Source: Azolla caroliniana (Eukaryota; Plantae; Polypodiophyta). Taken from it: 64,000 nucleotides of DNA. The first letter of the stretch is position 1; every line of letters starts with the position of its first letter. Shown piece by piece: positions 26,381 to 35,837 of the stretch. The notes beneath the pieces were generated by a model, which saw nothing but the letters and a program-made list of their open reading frames with translations, was not told the origin of the DNA and did not search any database. The stretch is taken from the NCBI GenBank assembly GCA_043228905.1, contig JBHGNT010000013.1, positions 6,262,001-6,326,000 on the forward strand, written 5' to 3'. The position numbers and the translations under genes were made by a program.

Positions 26381-28125
26381 CAACAATTGTTAGAGGCCGA
26401 ACCGGACCCGATCCTACGAGTCTTAGAGGATGGTTCCACGGAGCTTACGCCACCCCCATCTCCCATAATCACCATTTGGCTTTTGAGTATGTCACAACCT
26501 TCTTTAATGAATCTCCAATGATGATGGGCCCGAGCCTTGGCTTGGCTTTCCGGCACATCATCTTCATGAATATAAACATATCCAAAATCAAACAATATAT
26601 CGGAAGGTACATCCAATACAACATGCTTGCGGTTCATTGCATCCAAATACGGAACCACTAAACAACTTGCATTCTCTAACCCCCTCAATATTGTTTCCCC
26701 CAATTGAGGATTTTGCACGTATTTGGCAAAATACAAAACTTGTCCTCTCATGGCCAACATAACATTTGGTTGATTCCATATGTCATTTCTCTCATAACCA
26801 CATAATGGAAAGGAATAACCGACCAATGAGTTTTCCACTTGTTTTTGTCTAAATAAAACATGGACCCTTATTGCATTGGGTTCATGAACATCTTTAACAC
26901 CCAAATGTTTTGTGAACTCATGCCCAAAGGGGGCTGCATAATCAAGTATGGAAAAGCCACCATTTCCGGTATCCTCCTTCAACATCCCACATGTTCTTAT
27001 TGTGATCGCATTATCCAATTTTTGTGATTGTATTGTTCTTTTTGAACGAAATGTTTTTGCCTTGACACATCCATCATTTGGTTGGATGGTACTAACTATT
27101 TTCCCCCTTATCTCAGTAGTGGATGTTGGTTGTTCTTGTGTATCAATTTCTATGTCCAATGCATTATACGCATTTGGGGTGAGACACGTCTCTTGCATAG
27201 GCACCGTACGTGTCTTGCATCCATGCTTAGCCTTTACATTTATCCATTGAGTGTCTCTTGTTTCCCCTTGTGCCCGTACACCCATACAATCTAAGGCTAG
27301 TTTCTCTTGACATTTATCTGCCTCATGCCCTTCTTGTTTACAATATTCGCAACAACGTTTTTTTTCCCCCAATTTAATATTTCTCCTTGGGCAATTCTTG
27401 GCTAAATGTCCCATTTGCCGACAATAGAAGCATTGTCCAGGGAGCCCGGCAAACTCCACCTTTTGTTCTATAAAATCCCCTTCTTCATTTGGTAGCCTTA
27501 CCTTTGTCGGTAAGTTTTCGAGTGATTCTACCAAGATTCGGGCTGACGGAAATCCTGACATTTTACTTAATCGCATAGCCATACTTTCTTGGACCCTCAC
27601 TACAGTTCCGATCCTTGAAGCTATTGCTTCAAGCATCGGTAAATACTCCTTACGTAATCCCGGGAAGACAATCGTTAACGGAAATATCCGATCTCCTTTC
27701 CGTATTGCCTCCACCGGATTAAAACCTTGTTTCCAAGGCATCACAAATGCACGGGCACCTCTTACATCAAGAGGACTATGCTCCAACATTATTCCCACTG
27801 ATTCGATTGTATCCAATTCCACATGATAAAATCCTCGTCCCATGAATTGGACATCTATTATTCTACCAATTAATCCATGCATAGATGCTTGTAATAAATC
27901 TTTACACTCACCTCTATTCGGCCGAGCTCCCACCACTCTGCAGATCACCGAGAGTTGAGTTAGGCGCTGAATCTCTGATTTGAATTCAGCCTCTTCTTCT
28001 GTCGAGAATACGATCGGTAGAGGCCGCTCCTCAGATTCTGTTGGCGGGGCTGCTTCTTTAGAGTTCCCCTGTTGTGTCGTTGAGGTGGCTCTCTGCTGCG
28101 TTCTCTCTCTTCCCTGTTCCTCCAT
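26380..28125 (-). CDS. LINE ORF1: DUF4283/RRM-like domain, two CCHC zinc knuckles and a long C-terminal extension (581 aa)
   Basis: Zinc knuckles CFYCRQMGHLAKNC and CEYCKQEGHEADKC, and a plant L1 ORF1-like N-terminal region. The element's own ATG is at 28125; the track start at 28146 lies in the TSD. Confidence 0.9.
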   Translation of the reverse strand: MEEQGRERTQQRATSTTQQGNSKEAAPPTESEERPLPIVFSTEEEAEFKSEIQRLTQLSVICRVVGARPNRGECKDLLQASMHGLIGRIIDVQFMGRGFYHVELDTIESVGIMLEHSPLDVRGARAFVMPWKQGFNPVEAIRKGDRIFPLTIVFPGLRKEYLPMLEAIASRIGTVVRVQESMAMRLSKMSGFPSARILVESLENLPTKVRLPNEEGDFIEQKVEFAGLPGQCFYCRQMGHLAKNCPRRNIKLGEKKRCCEYCKQEGHEADKCQEKLALDCMGVRAQGETRDTQWINVKAKHGCKTRTVPMQETCLTPNAYNALDIEIDTQEQPTSTTEIRGKIVSTIQPNDGCVKAKTFRSKRTIQSQKLDNAITIRTCGMLKEDTGNGGFSILDYAAPFGHEFTKHLGVKDVHEPNAIRVHVLFRQKQVENSLVGYSFPLCGYERNDIWNQPNVMLAMRGQVLYFAKYVQNPQLGETILRGLENASCLVVPYLDAMNRKHVVLDVPSDILFDFGYVYIHEDDVPESQAKARAHHHWRFIKEGCDILKSQMVIMGDGGGVSSVEPSSKTRRIGSGSASNNC

Positions 28126-28149
28126 CTCGTTCCTCGTATTATACATGCA

Positions 28150-29860
28150 TATATGTACCTACATTTAAACATTACATCCATAAATATGTATATACATACA
28201 TTACACCCATTTATACATGCATACTGACTCAACATGAATATGTATACAAATATATATTACCATGTGTAGATATGTACATACACATACATAAATACAAATA
28301 TGTAAATGCATACATGCTACATATATATTATAATAAAGCCATATGTATTGACAGATATTCAAACATGCATAAAAATTACATATTACATATCACATGATCC
28401 ATTCATATTACACAATATACAAATTTACATACACATACATATACACTGCATTACATATATACATATACATATATATATACATATGTACATACATATTCCA
28501 CATATCGCCATATATATATATATAGGTTATATGGAACCATACAACCTACAATACTTACATATATACATACATACACACACATAGGATATATGAATGCATA
28601 TTCGTACATATTGAAAACACAATTTCATATACAATCCATACACATACTAGACATGAAAATATCCCAAAAATAATACATTACATATATACACATACATACA
28701 TTCATACATGTACATACATATATTCATTCATAGATTGCTACACATATATACATACATATGCCTACAATGTTACATATACAAATTTTACAAACATACATAC
28801 ATACACATACATACATACATTACATATGTACATACATATCACCACATACACAAACATAGACACACACATGGTCATACACACTATAATAGTACATATATGC
28901 ATACACATACATACATTAGATATATACATACATATTATGCACATATTATAAACACACATCCAGACACATTAAATTATGTGCATTGCCACATGAATATATG
29001 CATACATGTAGATACATACATATTCCACATATTAGTATATATATAGGTCATACAAGGTCATACAAGTTACAATACTTTCATACACACACATTAGATATAC
29101 GTATGCTTACACATACATTGGATAATATATGCATGCATATTATGTGATATTGCAAACTTACATCCATATATGAGCCATACACATACTAAACACGATAAAT
29201 ACACCAAAAATATACATACGCATATATGCATTCATACATGGACATACATATATTCATTCATACACTGCTACACGTATATAGGTACACATGCCTACAATGA
29301 TACTTGTATGAATGTTACCAACTTACATCCATACATGTACATACATGCATGCATGCATACATACATACACACATACATACGTGCATATGTGTATATATGT
29401 TTGTGGTGTGTGTTGTGTGTGTGTATGTATATATTGTATTGTATGCATGAATAGACACACATAACACATATACACATACACACGTGACATACATACAATA
29501 CATACATATGGACATGTAAAGAATATATATACACACACATGCCATACATACTATACATTCAACACATGCAATACAATACAATATGTACATACACACACAT
29601 ACATATATACACAAGCAATACAATGCATACATATGTACATCAATAGAAACCACACACACACAAACACACACACACATATAACACACACATATATACACTT
29701 GATATACAATACATACATATGTACATCAATAGAAGATACACACACACAGACACACACACATACATACGTAGAAATATAGAATACACACACACATATAGCA
29801 CATACACACATATAACACATATGTGCATGGACACATGCCATACATACAATACATACAATC
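28150..29860. repeat. Low-complexity (TACA/CA/TA)n satellite-like tract inside the Pack element
   Basis: Continuous catacatacacatata-type degenerate repeats with a short inverted-polarity patch at about 29380-29450. A similar tract lies at 33330-33510. Confidence 0.85.
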
Positions 29861-31735
29861 ATTACTCTCCAAACAAATACCTTGGCTCGTAGCATTAATC
29901 GAGAACACCAACCTGCCTTGATCACATGAAGCCACCAAGTAATGGGCTTATGAAACCCCCATATCTTTATAACCCTTTCTTCCAACCACTTATGTTTGTT
30001 AATCAACGAGTGATAAGCAACTTTGTTGAGATCATAGTCAATCTCTTATTTCCAACAAACCTCCAATCAAGCTCTTGAGATCGCCCATCTAAATAAGGAA
30101 TTGGCTCATATGAAGATAGTATTTGTTGCAACTTATCCCAAATAAAGGTATAACCTTTTGGAATACGAAATGTTGATCTGATTGTTCGAAAAGCCATTAA
30201 TCTTCTTTGTGACACAAACATAACATCCTTAATTGTTACCTAACCCAATCTAGCCATTCGATTAAATTGAAGGTTAAAAATTTGCTTACCTTCCCACTTC
30301 AACAACCTTGATGTCGCCAAAACCTCCATTTGTAATGAATTGGCACATCCCCTTTCTTGTGGGGGATGCCATTCCACAAAATCTAACATACTTTGCCATG
30401 ATGTCAACAAATGATCAACTATCATAGACCCTGCACATTTGACATCCCTATCAGAATTAATTACATTCCACCAATTTGCTTCAACCTTCATGTTTCCAAG
30501 CTTTATTCCGTTCTTCTCTATAAAGTATACCACCATTTCTGTCCAAGGTTGTACACCTTCAAACATAAATTGAATGAAAGTAAATCGGCGAACCACCATA
30601 TGCTCATATAGATTTAATATTGATGCCCCGCCAAGACGCTTCGGAGTACAAACATGATCCCATGCCAACCACAACATTCACATCGAGCGTGTCAATATTT
30701 CAAGAACTTTCTTTGACCATGGGAGCAAAGGAAGATAATAAGATACCATAGAGATCATAATCGATTGGACCACCTTAAGTCGTACATGAAAAGGCCAAAT
30801 TTGAGACCTCTAATACATAAACTTATCCTCCAACCTTTTGGACACCCACTCAATAAGTTTCACATGAGAAACTTCCACCCCAATTGGATATCCAAGGTGA
30901 CGAAAAATCATACCACGATGTACTATCCTTCCTGACCACCCCAATCCCAACACATCTTGTTCTATACATGAAATGAGGACAAATTTATGTATATTAATTC
31001 TCAACCCTAAAGCATTTGAAAACAATTCCCACACATCTCTTGTCTTACTAATATTTTCCCGATTAGGTGCCAAAAACATAATATGGTCATCTGCTAGTGC
31101 TTGAACAATACATGGCTTCCCTGATAGCAACCTTAGTTCAAGAAATTCTTCCTCCATAGCCATATTGTGTAACTTAACAAGAATAGGATGTGTCACAATA
31201 GTGAATAGTCAAGGACTTACCGGGCATCCTTGTCTAACTGACCTCCGAATAGAAATTGGTTGTGTTACTCCTCCATTAAACATCACATGTGAAACTGAAC
31301 CCTCCCCTAATGTGTATATCAACTTAGACATACGATCACCAAAACCCATATGAGACATCAATTGATTTATAAACGACCAATCCACATTATCATAGACTTT
31401 CTCGATATCCAATTGTAGCAACACCAATTCTTGCTTCGAATCCTTTGCATAGTCAATTGCCATTTGAACATTTAAAATATTATGTAAAATGTCTCTTTTT
31501 GCTAAAAACCCATATTGAGCATTATGAATAATAGAAGGTAAAACCTTATGCAACCTATTGGCTATCAATTTTGCAAAAATCTTGTACATTCCCCCCATCA
31601 ATGAAACAGGCCTCCATTGAGCAAAGGAAGATGGAGAAGGCACCTTCGGCAAAAGTTTTATCAAACCAATCTTCCAAGAATGAGGCATTTCCCCTAATGT
31701 CCACACCTTTTGAAATAAAACCGTAAAAGACCCCT
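29860..31735 (-). pseudogene. Degenerate fragment of a second L1 family ORF2 (RT to zf-RVT region)
   Basis: WRPVSLMG, LDIEKVYD, VRQGCP, ALADD and WDHVCTPKRLGG occur in broken frames. No poly(A) tail or TSD is visible. Confidence 0.85.
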
Positions 31736-31786
31736 TTAACCTCTCTCTCTCTCTCTCTCTCTCTCTTTTCTAGTGCTTTTGGATTG

Positions 31787-31971
31787 GTCTTCCAGGTAAT
31801 CATTGGCGGTGGAGGAGGGGCGGCTTTGTGCCTAGTGGAGCAATAACATCGGTTGGGGGTGGGGGAGGGGGTAGTGGTGGTGCTCCTATTGTAGAAGAGA
31901 AGGAAGAAGTAAAAGAGAAACAAGAAGAAAGTGATGATGATATGGGATTCTCATTGTTTGATTATAATTAA
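31787..31971 (+). pseudogene. RPP3: Captured 3' fragment of plant 60S acidic ribosomal protein P3
   Basis: Translates VFQVIIGGGGG, then a 1-nt frameshift, then GFVPSGAITSVGGGGGGSGGAPIVEEKEEVKEKQEESDDDMGFSLFD. The C-terminus is the universal P-protein motif, and VFQVIIGG is characteristic of plant P3. Confidence 0.85.
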
Positions 31972-32152
31972 TTAATTCAATTATTAGAGTAGAAATAGTG
32001 TCTTTTTGTTTGCATTTTGTATTCGGCCTTTTTCCACTTTATTGAATCTAGTTGCTTTGAAAAAGTGGCTATTGGGAATTTATTTTTCTTCATGACATGG
32101 ATGTATGTATGTTTACATTTTGGAGTTATCAATAGTAAGTGAGTTGCTTTGG

Positions 32153-32205
<53 letters not shown>

Positions 32206-32302
32206 GAAAGCAAAGAGAGCAAGAGAGAAGGAGCCGTGAGCGTGATCGACCTCTTTGAAGTGGCCCTCCTTTGGCAAGCAAGGATGTGTAGGATGACCTA
32301 CA

Positions 32303-32580
32303 AGAAGGCGAGAATCTGTGGCCATTAGGATCCAAACCACTTTTCGAGGGTTATTGGTTTAGTACCATATCAATTTTTTACCATATTCATATGTGTGCAT
32401 GTGAATTTGCATATGGATGGTTGTGTTTGTATGTGTCTATTTGTATGCATGTATGAATGCATGCACATATGCATTGGTAGCATTCCATCTCATGTTCTTT
32501 TTTTCCATGTTAATTTGTGTATTTGCTACTGTCATTTCATAGGCAAGAAGAGTTCTTTTGTTCTTGACAAGCCTCATGGG
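32303..32580 (+). pseudogene. Captured IQ67-domain (IQD) gene fragment with its intron
   Basis: RRRESVAIRIQTTFRGLL, then a GT..AG intron at 32357-32542 in phase 0, then ARRVLLFLTSLM. This matches the IQ67 consensus AAIKIQTAFRGYL^ARRALRALKGLV and its conserved intron position. Confidence 0.8.
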
Positions 32581-33000
32581 GAGCTCATGGTGGCGGTGCT
32601 TTCTTTATAAGTATGGATGGTCTTCATTCCTTTCATAACTTTTTGGATTTGGCGGTTGACATTTATTAGGAACATTTCTGAAGCCTAGTGGGTGTTTATT
32701 CATCGAATCCCACCCACTTTAATCTTCACCAACTGTGTCTGTGGATTTTTATTATCACCTAACATTGTATTCATCGTTCTTGGTGCTACATCATTAGGAG
32801 AATGCAAGGTCCTCATTTCTACTTGTTGTAAGGGAAGGAGATTGATAAATAAATCATTGCATGTGTTGTAATATATTACTTTCCTCTCATTTAATGAGTT
32901 TTTGTTTGTTTGAAACATTATTTGAACCGTAGGTATGTCATTATTATAGCAAGTTGGTTTTGCAATGTGTTTGTTTGTTGCAAACTATATAATCTAAGGA

Positions 33001-33083
33001 AAAGGTGTATTAGAAAGAGATGTTGTATTGCCAATAGTCTAATTGATATGTATGGTAAATGTGGCTTGACCCATGTAGCACAT
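33001..33083 (+). pseudogene. Captured PLS-class PPR motif fragment
   Basis: KGVLERDV, then a frameshift, then IANSLIDMYGKCGLTHVAH. NSLIDMYxKCG is the typical PLS-PPR motif. Confidence 0.7.
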
Positions 33084-33836
33084 ATATGCTTGATAAGCTT
33101 CACTTATTGAATCAGTCATATATTAATCTCTTCCTCGTTAAATAATGTTGTGATGTGAGAAGTTATTGAGCATTTGACGGAACTTGTTGTAGTGATGGGG
33201 TATTTATGATGATTGTTGATGAATTTCATAAAGTTTAAATATAGAATAACTATCAAACCAAATAATGAATTCTTGAGTCTTTATTAGTAAAAGAATATCT
33301 ATGATTTAGGTGCAAATAGACACGAGCCCCTACACACATACACAGATGTTATACAACTAAGATATACCACACATACAATATAATACATACATAAATAAAC
33401 ATGGAATACAATACATACATATGAACACACACATAACGCATACATACATAAAATATATACAACATATGCAATACAATATAATACATACATACACACATGT
33501 ATAAAACATACATCTGTCTTCTATGTAAGGGCATTTAAAATGAGTTGTTGTCAAAATATATATTGAAACTAAGGGGTATTTTTACTAACCGTATTTTAAT
33601 AGAAGGGTATCTAAAATAGTAAAAAACATACGTATAAGGGGTTTATAAAAGGTGTCGCGAACGCACGTGATATAACCTCTTTATATATAGTGGAGCCCTT
33701 GAACATCTACTTGACGATCACTTGGTCGGACCTCAGGTATCCGGTCGGAATGATCAGTCAATTTATATCGTAGCCCACGACCGAACACCTTCAGTGCGCG
33801 CAAAGGATATTACGATATGTCAGCGGCACGAAAGAT

Positions 33837-34904
33837 ATGGCGTTGTTGTATCGTGCAGACGTAACCGAGCAGTTAGTCGGCTACACAGATGCTGATTGGG
33901 CCGGAAATGCCCACGATCATAGATCCACATCCGGATTCACATTCTCATTAGGAAGTGTGATGATCACGTGGAGCAATAAGAAGCAGCCGACAGTAGCACC
34001 GTCGAACACTGAGGCCGAATATCGAGGGGCGACTGTCGCTCCGTGCGAAGTCATTTGGTTGAAACGACTATTAGGGAATCTGCACGTAGAGGCGTTCTAT
34101 CCAACAACGATCTACTTCGACAACCTCAGCAGTATCCACCTTGTGAAAAACCCTGTATTCCACACTCAAACTAAGCACATTGAGGTGCACTACCATTTTG
34201 TCTCTGGGCGTGTCCTTTCTGGTAAAGTCGAACTAGCGTATGTTCCGACGGGTCGGCAGATTGCTGACATCTTCACCGAGCCCCTTAATCTCGACAAGGT
34301 ACGGCATTTCTCGGTTGAGTTGGGTTTGCATCACCTCGACACGCCGAACTTGAGGGGGAGACCGGAACAGGAACAGGAACAAGAGCATGAAAGGAACAAT
34401 AGTAACCGCAATGCCGAATCGGATGAAGAATTCGACTTTGGGCTGGCTGAAGAAACCGAAGAAAAAAACAGGGGTCGTAATCGCAAGGAAGTGTCGAAGA
34501 TAGCCGAACAAAGGGGAAACAAAGCCAAGAAAGGCATAAAGGCCAAGGCTAAGACATGGTTGGACGTAGTTAAGGGCCTGAAGATAGAAGAAGAATTTGA
34601 GACAGCCAATTCGATTGAAAGTGGGAATGAATCGGAAATGTTTGATTCAATCGTAATGTTCGATTCGGATACGCCGAATCAACTAAGGGCCAAGCGGAGA
34701 AAAGAGCATCAAAATAGGTGCCATCACCGCGACAACAAGGGAGCTGAGAAAGGCCACATGAGCAGACAAGCCGACCGAAACGGTCGAGGCGCGCGGAATC
34801 GGACGGGTCGAGGAGCGCGAGCGAGGTGTGAAGCCAGGAGAAGCCGGAACGAAGATCCGGAAAAGCATATGGAACCTCAAGTAGAGCTTGAGGGGGAGTG
34901 TTGA
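33837..34904 (+). CDS. Copia B RNase H region with an in-frame charged C-terminal extension (TE ORF fragment)
   Basis: GYTDADWAG, TEAEY and KHIEVHYHFV, followed by about 180 aa of E/K/R-rich sequence up to the PPT. Confidence 0.75.
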   Translation: MALLYRADVTEQLVGYTDADWAGNAHDHRSTSGFTFSLGSVMITWSNKKQPTVAPSNTEAEYRGATVAPCEVIWLKRLLGNLHVEAFYPTTIYFDNLSSIHLVKNPVFHTQTKHIEVHYHFVSGRVLSGKVELAYVPTGRQIADIFTEPLNLDKVRHFSVELGLHHLDTPNLRGRPEQEQEQEHERNNSNRNAESDEEFDFGLAEETEEKNRGRNRKEVSKIAEQRGNKAKKGIKAKAKTWLDVVKGLKIEEEFETANSIESGNESEMFDSIVMFDSDTPNQLRAKRRKEHQNRCHHRDNKGAEKGHMSRQADRNGRGARNRTGRGARARCEARRSRNEDPEKHMEPQVELEGEC

Positions 34905-35461
34905 GAGACAAGCTCAACATTGGTTGCGTAAACGAGTGCGTAACCTAGTACGTAGATTGGGTGCGTACAACCGTACGCAAAATATGACCATGGCGGTGTT
35001 TAAACGGAAAGGCCGTTAGAACGTTATTCCTCGTAAGGAATAGTTTTGGGAGTTAGCGTAGAAGGCTCATTTATGAGTGGTCAAGTACTGTGAGTACTTG
35101 TGTCAGCCCAATAGTCGGGGCTTGTATAAAAGGTGCTCATTGAGCACGAAATATATATAGAGAACATACAGAGAATTATTTTTGAAATAATAGTTACGTT
35201 TTCTGCTCTCTCTCCCTCTCCCTCTCCGGGATTTCTGTGTTTTATCGAACTGTCGTAATTCAGAACCGTGTGCTCAGTGTCTTATTCATACGCTTCCACA
35301 CACGTATTCTTTTACAAGTTCTACCAAAAGAACTTCTTTAGGTAAACAAGTTTTGTAAGAAAGATAAACAAAATTAAATCAATAGAGAAAGACAAGAGTT
35401 GACGTGGTTTATTCAATAAACCTTATTTCTCAAAGAGGAGCTAAATTCGAGTCTTGCTAAA

Positions 35462-35795
35462 TGTTGAGCGAACAAGCTCAACCGGATCCAGATGGGCTGA
35501 ATAAGCCAGAACCAGATCAGTGTCTGGATCATATCGGGATCGACGAGCCATATCAGTATCCAAAAACTGGAAAACCGGATCATACTCCCGAATAGTGTGA
35601 ACCAGTAGAACATTAGAGGCATATGGTCAGAGCTAATTACGTAGGCATATTCCTTGGAGTTAGTGTAGAGGCTCATTTATGAGTATCCAAGTACTTATAA
35701 TACTTGTGTCAGTCTGTGTAAGGACTGGTACAAAAGTGCTCTCTGAGCACATTCTATGTACAAAGTATTGTTTTGAAATTAAGTTTTGCGTTTCT

Positions 35796-35837
<42 letters not shown>

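Larger units (their letters stand above)
21894..28139 (-). mobile_element. Intact L1-clade LINE retrotransposon
   Basis: An A11 tail (T-run 21894-21904), TSD tatacatgcatata at 21880-21893 and 28140-28153, and two uninterrupted ORFs. Confidence 0.95.
21288..33703. mobile_element. Non-autonomous DNA transposon carrying captured gene fragments (Pack-type), 8-bp TSD
   Basis: Exact TSD CATCTACT at 21280-21287 and 33704-33711. Removing the insert restores the copia B reading GSLIYLTIT. Imperfect TIRs: CCCGGGGGCTTCACTGT versus right-end reverse complement TTCAAGGGCTCCACTAT, plus a second matching block at TIR positions 31-45. Confidence 0.85.
10288..35316 (+). mobile_element. Ty1/copia LTR retrotransposon B (degenerate), host of nested insertions
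   Basis: The 5' LTR (10288-17754) is split by copia A. The 3' LTR is 34899-35316. TSD is agtcc/agttc. PBS is t(a)gtatcagagc at 17755 and PPT is ttgagggggag before 34899. The gag (CWYCGKKGHKESKC), protease (WYVDSGAS), integrase, RT (YVDD) and RNase H fragments carry stops and frameshifts. Confidence 0.92.

Noticed and set aside
28074-29938. Many H/I/Y/T- or C/V/M-rich ORFs
   Set aside because: Translations of TACA/CA low-complexity repeats.
21299-33692. CACTG...TAGTG suggesting a CACTA element
   Set aside because: No 3-bp TSD at these positions. The inverted match extends outward to an exact 8-bp TSD.
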